A stretch of DNA of 64,000 nt from NCBI GenBank assembly GCA_964016885.1, contig OZ024760.1, positions 25,978,001 to 26,042,000 of the forward strand, written 5' to 3'. Source of the stretch: Eledone cirrhosa (taxonomy: Eukaryota). The translations under genes were made by a program, and so were the position numbers. The notes beneath the pieces were generated by a model, which searched no databases, was not told where the DNA came from, and was given only the letters and a program-made list of their open reading frames with translations. Positions 41,691 through 54,839 of the stretch are shown in pieces. Numbering within the stretch: the stretch's first letter is position 1; the number at the start of each line of letters is the position of its first letter.

Positions 41691-42359
41691 ATGAATCGTA
41701 TAGGAAGAAGATTGTGGCAGTTCAGTGTGGTTTATAGTAGAGGCTCCAGTAGTAGTTGTAGCAGTGGTGGTGGTGGTGGGGGTAATAACAAGGGTGGTGG
41801 CGGCGGTGGTGGTAGTGGTGGAGGTAATCGTGGAGGAATTGTGATAGCTGGTGTGTCGTTTGTGGTCGTTAGTGGTGTTGGCATAACACTGATGGCCTCC
41901 CCAAATCAACAAGAACAAGAACAAGAACACGAAACATCGACCTGTTCTCCCAAAGAATCGAACTCTTCTTTGGGCCAGAGATACCCTTCTTTCCCTGTCA
42001 GCGATACAATTGTTGCCCTTAGCCTCCAACCCAATAAAGTGGTGGAGGTCGAAAGTTCCAAACGGAAAGGAAATCCGTTTGCGGAATTTCTCTCCCGGCT
42101 ACTGTGCAGATTCCAAGCAAATGCAACAAGTGGAGATAACGGCGACGAAATTTTCGCCAAATATAGAAATAAAAAATGCTGTTGTACACAACATGCCTGC
42201 TCTACCAAACTTAAAAAACCCTGTCACCATTGTCAATCGTATGCCTCCCAAACGCCTTGCAGCGCACCGTGTCCTGAAGAACTTGTCCTCAAAAAGGCCC
42301 TCGTTATTTTCCGACACGGTGCACGAACACCCATTCTGACCATTCCGAACATCAAACAG
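41691..42359 (+). CDS. ACP6: Lysophosphatidic acid phosphatase type 6-like (histidine acid phosphatase), exon 1
   Basis: 223 codons ending [26 protein letters not shown] (catalytic RHGxRxP); GT donor at 42360. Confidence 0.85.
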
Positions 42360-43388
42360 GTTTGTCCTTTATTATTATTTTGCCATTCTGCACTTTTACT
42401 CGACCTTATTGTAATCCCCCACTGTCCCTGTCTTTGTATTGTCCCCTACATGTCGGCCCTTGTGGCCAATAAATGAAATCATTGAGGTTGACTTTGCCTT
42501 TCATCCTTACGGGGTCGATAAAATAAAGTACCAGTGATGCACTGGTGTATTGCTGGCCTTGTGCTTAAAGTAGAAACAATTATTATTATTATGCTTTCCA
42601 GCGTAGTTACGTCCCTTTACGATCTGAGTTCAAATCCCGCCGAGGTTAACTTTGACTTTCATCCTTACGGGGGTCGATAAAATAAAGTACCAGTAATACG
42701 CTGAGTGATTGCTGGCCTTGTGCCAAAAGTGGAAACAATTGTTATTATTATTATTATTATTATTATGGCGGTGGATTGGCAGTATCGGTAGAGGGTCGGA
42801 CGCCATGCTTTGCAGCATAGAGTTACGGCCCTTTATGATCTGAGCTCAAATTCCGCCGAGGTTAACTTTGCCTTTCATCCTTACGGGGGTCGATAAAATA
42901 AAGTACCAGTCACGCACTGGGGTCGATTTAATCGACTTCCCCCTCCGCAAAAATTGCTGGCCTTGTGCCTATATAAGAAACAATTATTATTATTGTTGTT
43001 GTTGTTGTTGTTGCTGTTATTGTTATTATTATTAATAGTGTTGTTGCTGTTATTGTTGTTATTATAATTATTGTTCTATTGTTGATTGTCATTGTTACTG
43101 CATGCATATTAACTTTGCCTTTCATCCTTATGGGGTCGATAAAATAAAGTACCAGTAATGGCCTGGGGGTTGATTTAATCGACTTTCCACTCCCCCAAAT
43201 TTGTTGGCCTTATGTCTAAATCAGAAACTATTATTAGTGTATATATTAGTGCATATATGTATATATGTATATATGTATATATATATATGTAAGTATGTAT
43301 GTATACAAGTGTAGTAATACATACATGTATGTAAGTAAGTGCCATACTAAGATTGAGAAATGAAATTTCGTTTTCATTTTATTTCAAC

Positions 43389-43445
<57 letters not shown>

Positions 43446-43449
<4 letters not shown>

Positions 43450-43546
43450 GTCCCCCCAAAAATGTATACACACTTTGATTACTTGTACAGGCAATATTTA
43501 TTAGAGTGCTGTTCAAGTGAGTATACATTTTGGGGGGGGACACCTT
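43446..43546. mobile_element. Small Tc1/mariner-like MITE
   Basis: TIRs GTGTCCCCCCAAAAATGTATAC / GTATACATTTTGGGGGGGGACAC. Confidence 0.6.
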
Positions 43547-43594
43547 GAATATATATATATATATATATATACAATATATATATATATATATATA

Positions 43595-44049
43595 TATACA
43601 ATATATTAACAAATGGAAACTATATTTATAAAACCATATTTATTTCATTATACATATTTCAAAGGCCACCAGAGAAAACTATGGTGCACTTTCATAAGAT
43701 AAAATATAATATAGGTTAGTTTATAAATAAATATTGACATACCCTGAAAAAAATGCAACCATTCTGGTTGGAATCTCCTGGAGATTCAAACCAGAATGGT
43801 TGCATTTTTTCAGGGGTGTCAATATTTATTTATAAAACTAACCTATATTATATTTTATCTGATGAAAGCGCACCATAGTTTGCTCTGGTGGCCCTTGAAA
43901 TATGTATAATGAAATAAATATGGTTTTATAAATATAGTTTCCATTTGTTAATATATTGTATATTTACTCCAATAATTTGTTGAGTGCTTTATATCAGTTA
44001 TAAAAATATTTTGCTTGTTGTATCCCAACAAATTAAATATAACCTCTAC
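43595..44049 (+). mobile_element. Family A fold-back element (about 370-bp palindrome plus unpaired tail) with hammerhead
   Basis: Arms of about 184 bp centred at 43779; CTGATGA 43859, GAAA 43897; flanked by (TA)n. Confidence 0.75.
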
Positions 44050-44864
44050 ATATATATATATATATATCTAGGGCGGGTAAAATTCCCGAGATCCATGGAC
44101 GAGTTCTCTCCAGCGGTCTCTGTCTCTCATTATCGCTGCCATGTCCTGCGTCTCCAACAGACCAGTGTCTGTCCTTAGGGCATCAACATACATTAACCTT
44201 GGCCTTCCTCTTCCAGTGTGTACATGTAGGGGCTCCCACAGGAGCACTGAGTGCAATGTCAACTCTGGATGTCGGTGAGCATGTCCAGCTAACCTCAGTC
44301 TCCTCTGTGTCACTTTTGAGTGTCACTTATATATATATAAATGGAAAAAAATGAAATTTCATTTCTCACTTTTTGTACGGCTGATACTTAAATATAAGTA
44401 TGTACACGTACATACATATATGTATACAGACGTACAGTAGTATGTATATATATACATACACACATATATATATGTACGTATGGGTTTACCGAACATTTAT
44501 TATAATGCTCGGTTTGTTTGTAAACAAACAGCCTGAATTATTAGCCGTACAGTGTTCGGCAACCATCGCTGCCCTATTTGTTCAACACTGACAAAGGAAC
44601 GATGAACTACTTTCTAGCTTATTAGTTGTCATCAGCATTGTATACCTTTCTGTCAGTTGATTGAACGTTTAAAAGTATATACTTGCCTTATGCATATTAA
44701 TGGCTGAGCAGCCTAATTTGCATATCGAGTGAGTTAGTCGGCCAGGCGTACCCAAAACGATAAATGGAAAAACTGAAATTTCATTTCTCGCTCTTAGTAC
44801 GGCTGATACTTAAATATATGTATGTGCGTATACATACTTACATTTAAGTATCAGCCGTGCTAAG

Positions 44865-47110
44865 GTGGTCGAGTAGGAGACACGGTGAAAAGGCTCCCAG
44901 TCGACACTGTAATGTGGTCACGTAGGAGACACAGTAAAAAGGCTCCCAGTCCACACTGTAAAGTGGTCATGTAGGAGACACAGTAAAAAGGCTCCCAGTC
45001 CACACTGTAAAGTGGTCATGTAGGAGACACAGTAAAAAGGCTCCCAGTCCACACTGTAAAGTGGTCATGTAGGAGACACAGTAAAAAGGCTCCCAGTCCA
45101 CACTGTAAAGTGGTCACCTAGGAGACGCAGTAAAAAGGCTCCCAGTCCACACTGTAATGTGGTCATGTAGGAGACACAGTAAAAAGGCTCCCAGTCCACA
45201 CTGTAAAGTGGTCATGTAGGAGACACAGTAAAAAGGCTCCCAGTCCACACTGTAAAGTGGTTGTGTAGGAGACACAGTAAAAAGGCTCCCAGTCCACACT
45301 GTAAAGTGGTCATGTAGGAGACACAGTAAAAAGGCTCCCAGTCCACACTGTAAAGTGGTCATGTAGGAGACATAGTAAAAAGTCTCCCAGTCCACACTGT
45401 AAAGTGGTCATGTAGGAGACACAGTAAAAAGTCTCCCAGTCCACACTGTAAAGTGGTTGTGTAGGAGACACAGTAAAAAGGCTCCCAGTCCACACTGTAA
45501 AATGGTCATGTAGGAGACACAGTAAAAAGGCTCCAAGTCCACACTGTAAAGTGGTCATGTAGGAGACACAGTAAAAAGGCTCCCAGTCCACACTGTAAAG
45601 TGGTTGTGTAGGAGACGCGGTAAAAAGGCTCCCAGTCCACACTGTAAGGTGGTCATGTAGGAGACACGGTGAAAAGTCTCCCAGTCCACACTGTAAGGTG
45701 GTCATGTAGGAGACACGGTGAAAAGTCTCCCAGTCCACACTGTAAGGTGGTCATGTAGGAGACACGGTGAAAAGTCTCCCAGTCCACACTGTAGAGTGGT
45801 TGTGTAGGAGACACGGTAAAAAGGCTCCCAGTCCACACTGTAAAGTGGTTGTGTAGGAGACACAGTAAAAAGGCTCCCAGTCCACACTGTAAGGTGGTCA
45901 TGTAGGAGACACGATGAAAAGTCTCCCAGTCCACACTGTAAAGTGGTCATGGAGGAGACGCAGTAAAAAGGCTCCCAGTCCACACTGTAGAGTGGTTGTG
46001 TAGGAGACACGGTAAAAAGGCTCCCAGTCCACACTGTAAAGTGGACATGTAGGAGACACAGTAAAAAGGCTCCCAGACCACACTGTAAGGTGGTCACGTA
46101 GGAGACGCAGTAAAAAGGCTCCCAGTCCACACTGTAAAGTGGTTGTGTAGGAGACATAAAAAGGCTCCCAGTCCACACTGTAAGGTGGTCATGTAGGAGA
46201 CACGGTGAAAAGTCTCCCAGTCCACACTGTAAAGTGGTCACGTAGGAGACACAGTAAAAAGGCTCCCAGTCCACACTGTAAAGTGGTCATGTAGGAGACA
46301 CAGTAAAAAGGCTCCCAGTCCACACTGTAAAGTGGTCATGTAGGAGACACAGTAAAAAGGCTCCCAGTCCACACTGTAAAGTGGTCATGTAGGAGACACA
46401 GTAAAAAGGCTCCCAGTCCACACTGTAAGGTGGTCATGTAGGAGACACGGTGAAAAGTCTCCCAGTCCACACTGTAAAGTGGTTGTGTAGGAGACACAGT
46501 AAAAAGGCTCCCAGTCCACACTGTAAAGTGGACATGTAGGAGACACAGTAAAAAGGCTCCCAGTCCACACTGTAAGGTGGTCACGTAGGAGACGCAGTAA
46601 AAAGGCTCCCAGTCCACACTGTAAAGTGGTTGTGTAGGAGACATAAAAAGGCTCCCAGTCCACACTGTAAAGTGGTCATGTAGGAGACACAGTAAAAAGG
46701 CTCCCAGTCCACACTGTAAAGTGGTCATGTAGGAGACACAGTAAAAAGGCTCCCAGTCCACACTGTAAGGTGGTCGGAGACACGGTGAAAAGTCTCCCAG
46801 TCCACACTGTAAAGTGGTTGTGTAGGAGACACAGTAAAAAGGCTCCCAGTCCACACTGTAAAGTGGACATGTAGGAGACACAGTAAAAAGGCTCCCAGTC
46901 CACACTGTAAGGTGGTCACGTAGGAGACGCAGTAAAAAGGCTCCCAGTCCACACTGTAAAGTGGTTGTGTAGGAGACATAAAAAGGCTCCCAGTCCACAC
47001 TGTAAAGTGGTCATGTAGGAGACGCAGTAAAAAGGCTCCCAGTCCACACTGTAGAGCGGTTGTGTAGGAGACACAGTAAAAAGGCTCCCAGTCCACACTG
47101 TAAATGTGGT
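44865..47110. repeat. 49-bp minisatellite from a retroposon segment
   Basis: Unit gtaggagacacagtaaaaaggctcccagtccacactgtaaagtggtcat, about 46 copies. Confidence 0.95.
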
Positions 47111-47260
47111 TGGTGTTTGGAAGGGTGATAGAGAAAGTTGATCTGTATGGGGATTTGAACTCGGATCAAAGATGTCCAGGTATTTACTCAGGTGAGGGGG
47201 GTGGTTCACTTTTTTTAGAATACATGCCAGATAGATCTGATAGTCTTATGATAAAATATC

Positions 47261-47558
47261 ATGATCATCATCATCATCATCATCACCATCATCATCACTG
47301 CCAACATCATCACCGCCATCATTACCATCACCATCATCACCTCCATCATCACCACCACCACCATCATCATTACCACCGTCACCACCATCACCACCATCAG
47401 CATCATTGCCATCATCATCATTACCACCACCATCACCACCATCACCACCACCACCATTTCCTCCATCATTACCACCACCACCACTACCACCACCACCATC
47501 ACCATCATCACTCACCATCACCACTGTCACCACCATCACCATTGTCATCACCACATCA
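47261..47558. repeat. (CAT/CAC)n trinucleotide array
   Basis: Direct inspection. Confidence 0.9.
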
Positions 47559-47690
47559 CTGTATACTATATATATACACATTATAGTCTATATATACACT
47601 ATATATACTATATTATATACTATATACACTACACTGTATATGTTGTCCAAGGGAAAAGCAATGGCTGATACATCTTGACTCCAGTCATGT

Positions 47691-47726
<36 letters not shown>

Positions 47727-48194
47727 TATATATACATTATATACATACTATATATACACATCATAGTCTATATATACACTATGTATACATATATACACTT
47801 TATACACCATGTGTACACTACACTACACTGTATATGTTGTCCAAGGGAAAAGCAATGGCTGATATAGCTTGGCACCAGTGATGTCACAACTCATTTCTAC
47901 AGCTGATTAAACTGGAGCAACGTAGAAATGAAATGTCTTGCACAAGGACACAACGCATCCCGTGATCCGAGAATTGCGCTCACAACCTCCTAATTGCAAG
48001 CCCAACACGCTAACCACTAAGCCATGTGCCTTATTAACACAGTTTATTATAGATATTGAAACCAGTGATGATGGAAACCTAGAATCCCACAAAGACCTGC
48101 CTTCCTTTGCACTTAAACCGGCAGTCAGTAGGCACCTCTTAACCAAATATACACCCCACCACCACCAACTCCGTCCTCCCACTTCCTTCTACTG

Positions 48195-49080
48195 TGGTTG
48201 TGTAGGTGACATGACAAAAAGGCACCCAGTCCACACTGTAAAGTGGTCGTGTAGGAGACACAACAAAAAGCACCCAGTCCACACTGTAAAGTGGTCGTGT
48301 AGGAGACACGACAAAAAGGCACCCAGTTCACACTGTAAAGTGGTCGTGTAGGAGACACGACAAAAAGGCACCCAGTCCACACTGTAAAGTGGTCGTGTAG
48401 GAGACACGACAAAAAGGCACCCAGTCCACACTGTAAAGTGGTCGTGTAGGAGACACAACAAAAAGCACCCAGTCCACACTGTAAAGTGGTCGTGTAGGAG
48501 ACACAACAAAAAGCACCCAGTCCACACTGTAAAGTGGTCGTGTAGGAGACACGACAAAAAGGCACCCAGTCCACACTGTAAAAGTGGTCGTGTAGGAGAC
48601 ACAACAAAAAGCACCCAGTCCACACTGTAAAGTGGTCGTGTAGGAGACACGACAAAAAGGCACCCAGTCCACACTGTAAAAGTGGTCGTGTAGGAGACAC
48701 AACAAAAAGCACCCAGTCCACACTGTAAAGTGGTCGTGTAGGAGACACGACAAAAAGGCACCCTCCACACTGTAAAGTGGTCGTGTAGGAGACACAACAA
48801 AAAGCACCCAGTCCACACTGTAAAGTGGTCGTGTAGGAGACACGACAAAAAGGCACCCTCCACACTGTAAAAGTGGTCGTGTAGGAGACATGGTAAAATG
48901 GCTCCCAGTCCACACTGAAAATGTGGTTTGTGTTAGGAAGGGCATCCAGCCATGGAAAACCTGCTGGAAACAGTTCTGCACGAACGAGACACGGTCAGTT
49001 GACCAATCTTATCTCAAGTTGGACAAAACCGTCAAACCCATGCTAACGTGGAAGATGGACATTAAACGATGATGATGATG
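48195..49080 (+). repeat. 48-50-bp minisatellite followed by the parent retroposon 3' end with (GAT)n tail
   Basis: Unit gtaggagacacgacaaaaaggcacccagtccacactgtaaagtggtcgt, then gttaggaagggcatccagcc...ttaaacgatgatgatg. Confidence 0.85.
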
Positions 49081-49527
49081 ATTCATAGCCAGATCCACAT
49101 ATTAGGATTGTCTGCTCAAACTGGTGAGCCCTCTCTAACCCTTTAGCATTCAAACCATCCGTATCCGACCTTTTTCTTTTCAAATCAGCTGTAACTGGCC
49201 ACTCATACTGATGGTAAGGTATTTTTCTCAAGATAAATTGTTTCTACTATTGGCATAAGGCCAGCAATTATCCCAGTACATTACTGGTACTTTATTTTAT
49301 CGACCCTGTAAGGATGAAAGGCAAAGTTAACCTCGGCGGGATTTGATCCTCAAGATAAATAACTTTAAAATCTCATAGATTCGATATTATATGCGATAAT
49401 TATGTAAGTTAAAGTGTTAACTACCAAAATACAATAGTATATATAGAGTAATGTGAATGCTAAAGGGCTAACTTAACATTACACACCCATACACTATATA
49501 TTTATTTATCTACTTATCTATCTACCT

Positions 49528-50170
49528 ATGGACCTTGAAACTGTCCTGCATGCAATTGTACACTGCCCGGGCATAACCGACCTGTGGAACTACGCAGAAC
49601 AACTGCTGTCGCGTGTGGGACAAATCCAGTTGACTGCCAAGTCCATAGTAAGGATCAAACCGCCACTTTCATTTAAAAATGAAAGAGAGGTAGTTTTCCT
49701 CTGTATAGTGGCTATGGTAAAAGATGTTATATGGTGGACGAGATTGAGAGGACTGAGGACAGATGCCTTTCTCTCTGGACAACAACTCATTCCCTTCTTT
49801 AGGTACCACTTTAGAAGGAGAATCAGAGTGGAGAGAGAGAGAGGCACTGCACCCCAGTAAATTTACTGAAAGGTGGGTGAATGTAGCAAAAATGGCCCTA
49901 GTGATTGGGTCTTCTCTGTATATAAACCTGTAAGTTGAAGAAGAGAGCAAAAGGAAGAAAGGAGCACTTGCACAACATGCTCCTGGAGTTGAGGGTTGTT
50001 CTATCTATGAGATATAAAACAACCCATTTGTAACGCCTCTCCCCAATTGGGGATTAAGATTGTTGAATTTGTATGTTAACATTTTTTACACGATTGTATG
50101 TAAAATCCTCGCCATGTGTCTTTGTATTGTCCCCTTTTCTTGTATGCCCTTATGGCAAATAAAGAAATAT
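49528..50170 (+). mobile_element. Tx1/L1-like LINE 3' end
   Basis: ETVLHAIVHCPGITDLWNY (C-terminal zinc-knuckle half of L1/Tx1 ORF2); AATAAA followed by (TCTA)n. Confidence 0.7.
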
Positions 50171-50208
50171 ATCTATTTATCTATCTACCTATCTATCTAT
50201 TTGTCTAG

Positions 50209-50343
50209 GCCACCTACACAGATGACTTGTTCATGACTGGCATGCCATTTGCTGAGTTTGACTACAATGTAGTGAATGAAGAAAATGGCGGACCACAGCC
50301 ATATTCCGCAACAGAGGCCTCGTACACCTCGGTTGTGCTGAAG
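50209..50343 (+). CDS. ACP6: ACP6-like exon 2
   Basis: ATYTDDLF...EFDYNVVNEENGGPQPYSATEASYTSVVLK resembles human ACP6 QFDYTVTNLAGGPKPYS...TTLK; AG/GT splice sites, phase 0. Confidence 0.9.
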
Positions 50344-52706
50344 GTAGGTACTTTGTGTGCGTGTGTGTGTGTCTGTGTGTGCCTCTCTCTCTCCTTCTCA
50401 ATATCTCATCTCCCCACTCTATCTCTCTCTCTTCCGTCCCATGCGTGCGTGTGTATGGAGAGGGGTTATCAGGTGTAGTGTTGGCGAATTACAGGAAGCA
50501 TGGAAGCTTTGAAAGATGCAGTGTCCCAACAGCTAACAACTGATGCAGGTAATTTGTTCCACGCTTCAGCAACTCTCATCATCATCATCACCGTTTTACG
50601 TCCGTTCTTCCAAGCTAGCATGGGTTAGATGGGTTGTCCTGTTGTGGGCAGTGTCTGGTCGGCTGACCATGCCTTGCTCATACAGGAACTGATTTTGGCT
50701 TGATTTCTACAGCTGGATGCCCTTCCTAACACCAACCTCATTTACAGTGAGTGCTGGGTGCTTTTTCGTGGCGCCTACACGTCCACTTTACAGTGTGGGC
50801 TGGGTGCTTTTTTGCCGTGGCACCTCCACGACCACCTTGCAGTGGGAGGGTGTGGGGGCATATTGTCTATACGCTTCAGCTTGTACCCATGGGAGGTCGG
50901 GTACTCTGTATTACTGCGTGACGCCAGAGGTCACGGTCGTGTGTCATCCCCTTTGAGAGGTGTAATTGGGTAAGGTCGGCTTTTATCACCTCATCCCAGG
51001 TCATCTTGGGTCTCCCCACTCCGCGGTTTCCATCGACTTCTAGTGCTCTCTGAGCATGAAAAAATGTTTCCGAATGTCATGGGAGCTGTGATGTTTTCTG
51101 ACTTTGTAAGCATGTCCACGGGTTTCAAACATAGAAATCAAAAAGTTACTCTGGGTTGTTGTGGGAAAGATGGTTGATAATCTTGTGGGTATCTACCAAG
51201 TCGGTTGCCTGACATTGGAGCTTTATTTTAACCATTTAGCATTTAAACCGACTGTATGTGGCCAGAATCCTCTCACTTATTTCTGTTCAAACCAGCTGTA
51301 ACTCACCACTCATTCTGATGTTAACCCTTTAGCATTTAAACCGGCCTTATCCGGCCAGAATTCTCTCTCCTCTTTCTGTTTAAACTGGCCATAACCAGCT
51401 GCTGATACTTATGTTAAGGTATTGTTCTTAAAATAAATAATATCAAAATCTTGTAGATTCAATTTTATGTGAGATAAAGTGTTTACTGTGAAAATAATAC
51501 AATGGTATATATAGAACAATTGTTTCTAGTTTTGGCACAAGGTCAGCAATTATCCCAGTGTATTACTGGTGCTTTATTTTATCGACCCCGTGAGGATGAA
51601 AGGCAAAGTAAACCTCAGTGGGTTTTGAACTCAGACCATAAAGGGCCGTAACTCTATGCTGCAAAGCATGGCGTCTGACCATCTACCAATACTGCCAATC
51701 CACCGTTCTCATAGTATATATAGAATAATGCAGAAGCTAAAGGGTTAAAGTATTGTTCTCAAAATAAATAACATCAAAATCTCAGATTCAATATTAAATG
51801 AGATAAAGCCTTTACCACAAAAATACAATAGTATAAATAGGGTAATGTAAATACTAGAGGGTTAATGTACATCAGAGCATGTAACATAATAGTTCTTATA
51901 TAAAAATAATTGTTTCAACTTTTGGCACAAAGCCAGCAATTACCCCAGTGCATTACTGGTACTTTAGTTTATCGACCTCGTAAGGATGAAAGGCAAAGTT
52001 AACCTCGACGGGATTTGAACTCAGACCATAAAGGACCGTAACTCTATGCTGCAAAGCATGGCGTCCGACTCTCTACCGATACTGCCAATCCACCGCTCTT
52101 GGGGATGGATTAAGCCGGATCATTTGAAAACAGTTTGTTTCTGATTCCCCGCGACTGATTTCAGGGCCTCTAAGACTAGTGAGTGGCTGGGAAGGAAGAA
52201 AGAAAGAAGGTATCCCTGACCCGCTAAAATAAAAATACCAGTCAAAATACTGGGATCGATTACAATCGGGCCCCCCCAACCCCCTGTATTGCTGGTCTTA
52301 TGTCTAAATTAAAAAGAAGAGGCTATTTTACCGGTAAGAGTGTCAGTTCTTATATAAAATAATTGTTTCTACTTTTGGCACAAGGCCAGCAGTTACCCAG
52401 CACATTACTGGTACTTTATTTTATCGACCCCGTAAGGATGAAAGGCAAAGTCAACCTCGGCGGGATTTGAACTCAGATCGTAAAGGGACGTAACTATGCT
52501 GGAAAGCATGGTGTCCAACCCTCTACCGATACTGCCAATTCACCAAAATAATGATGTAAAGTTTTAATTTAAATGCGAACACTTGGAAAAAATGGTTGTC
52601 ATGGTGTTTTTCTAGAACCAGGTGTAATTTAGTATCAAAAAGGGTTGAAATCTTTTCAAATGTTCCCATGCTATTGAAGTAACTGATTTTTTTTTTTTTT
52701 ATCTAG

Positions 52707-52837
52707 GGTGGTGCTATGAGTGCTCAACTGACTTCCTTCGGTCACTACCAGGCCTACAGTCTAGGAGTTGCCCTACGTAGGGAGTATATCGAGAAACATA
52801 AATTGATCAGCAGTCAACTAAATAGAAATGAAATTTT
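52707..52837 (+). CDS. ACP6: ACP6-like exon 3
   Basis: GGAMSAQLTSFGHYQAYSLGVALRREYIE resembles [38 protein letters not shown]. Confidence 0.9.
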
Positions 52838-53112
52838 GTGAGTAAAATGTTTTATATATTGTAATAATATTTTTCTCACACCAAATACTGAAACTATATA
52901 TATATATATATAATTGTTTCTTCTTTTGGCACAAGGCCAGCAATTACCCACAGTGTATTACTGGTACTTTTTTTTTATCGACCCCCATTAGGATGAAAGG
53001 CAAAGTTAACCTAGGATGGATTTGAACTCAGTCCGTAAAGGGACGTAACTCTATGCTAGAAAGCATGGCGTCAGACCCTCTACTGATACTGCCAAACTAT
53101 ATATATAATATG

Positions 53113-53986
53113 AAGTGGTCGTGTAGGTCTGACAGCAAAAGGCATCCAGCCCACACTGTAAAGTGGTTGTGTAGGTGTCACAACAAAAGGCATCGAGCCC
53201 ACACAGTAAAGTGGTTGTGTAGGTGTCGCAACAAAAGGCTTCCAGCCCACACTGTAAAGTGGTTGTGTAGGTCTGACAACAAAAGGCTTCGAGCCCACAC
53301 TGTAAAGTGGTCGTGTAGGTCTGACAACAAAAGGCATCCAGCCCACACTGTAAAGTGGTTGTGTAGGTCTGACAACAAAAGGCATCCAGCCCACACTGTA
53401 AAGTGGTTGTGTAGGTCTGACAACAAAAGGCATCCAGCCCACACTGTAAAGTGGTCGTGTAGGTCTGACAACAAAAGGCATCCAGCCCACACTGTAAAGT
53501 GGTTGTGTAGGTCTGACAACAAAAGGCATCCAGCCCACACTGTAAAGTGGTCGTGTAGGTCTGACAACAAAAGGCTTCGAGCCCACACTGTAAAGTGGTC
53601 GTGTAGGTCTGACAACAAAAGGCATCCAGCCCACACTGTAAAGTGGTTGTGTAGGTCTGACAACAAAAGGCATCCAGCCCACACTGTAAAGTGGTTGTGT
53701 AGGTCTGACAACAAAAGGCTTCGAGCCCACACTGTAAAGTGGTCGTGTAGGTCTGACAACAAAAGGCATCCAGCCCACACTGTAAAGTGGTTGTGTAGGT
53801 CTGACAACAAAAGGCATCCAGCCCACACTGTAAAGTGGGCATTAGGAAAGGTATCCAGCCATAGAAACCAAGCCAGAACCAGTTCTGTATGGGCCAGACA
53901 CGGTCACCTGACCCTACTTGCCTCAAACGGGACAACCCATCTAACCCATACTAGCATGGAAAATGGCCGTTAAACAATGATGATGA
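53113..53986 (+). repeat. 48-bp minisatellite plus parent retroposon 3' end
   Basis: Unit gtaggtctgacaacaaaaggcatccagcccacactgtaaagtggttgt, about 15 copies, then attaggaaaggtatccagcc...gttaaacaatgatgatg. Confidence 0.9.
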
Positions 53987-54009
53987 TATATATATATATA
54001 TATATTTTT

Positions 54010-54215
54010 ATTATGTAATAAAGAACATAAGACAATTATTCCATTTACCAAAGGTTTCATGAAGACAGAAGAGCTCAACAGAGACGTCTGAAATCGCTCA
54101 TCAGAATGAGAATTTTCATTCTGATGAGCGATTTCAGACGTCTCTGTTGAGCTCTTCTGTCTTCATGAAACCTTTGGTAAATGGAATAAGTGTCTTATGT
54201 TGTTTATTACATAAT
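54010..54215 (+). mobile_element. Fold-back palindrome with hammerhead (family E)
   Basis: About 103-bp arms; TTTCATT CTGATGA ... GAAA CC ttt GG TA AATGGAA (GUA triplet). Confidence 0.65.
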
Positions 54216-54839
54216 TAAATAGCTCTGTAGCTTACATAGAGCACTCTCCTTTCCTTTACCCTTCCTACGGAAATGCTTCATATATATATATAATATAGAG
54301 AGAGTTTGTTTTTCACTCTAGAGGTCTTATACCCCCTGTAATTGAAAACATTCTCCTGTGTTTTTTTCCTTTCTATATTGTATTTAGAAGTGACCACGAA
54401 TGTTTTCCCTTGAGCTCATTAAATTACAGGGATACATGCGAGTCCCTTACTCTGTTGCTTTACTTGATGTATGTATATATATCCCAAAAGTCAGCTCAAA
54501 ATTAACACAGAGAAGACTGAGATTAATGGGACATGCTCACCAACATCCAGAGTTGACCCTGCACTCAGTGCTCCTGTGGGAGCCCCTGCATGGACACACT
54601 AAAAGAGGGAGACCGAGGTTGACATATGCTGATGCCCTAAGGACAGACACTGGTCTCTTGGAGACGCAGGACATGGCAGCGGTGATGAGAGACACAGACT
54701 GCTGGAGAGAACTCCTCCATGGATCTCGAGAATTTTATCCACGATATATATATATATATATACATCATCATCATCATCATCATCATTTAACGTCCATCTT
54801 CCACGCTAGCAGGGATTATATATATATATATATATATAT

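Noticed and set aside
41538-42208. Antisense ORFs over ACP6 exon 1
   Set aside because: Shadow frames of a low-complexity coding exon
47104-47586. Poly-His ORF
   Set aside because: (CAT/CAC)n microsatellite within ACP6 intron 1
45114-48981. Cys/Trp-rich repetitive ORFs (DWEPFYCVSY...)
   Set aside because: Translations of the 49-bp minisatellites; likewise 53051-53973 and 60156-63421
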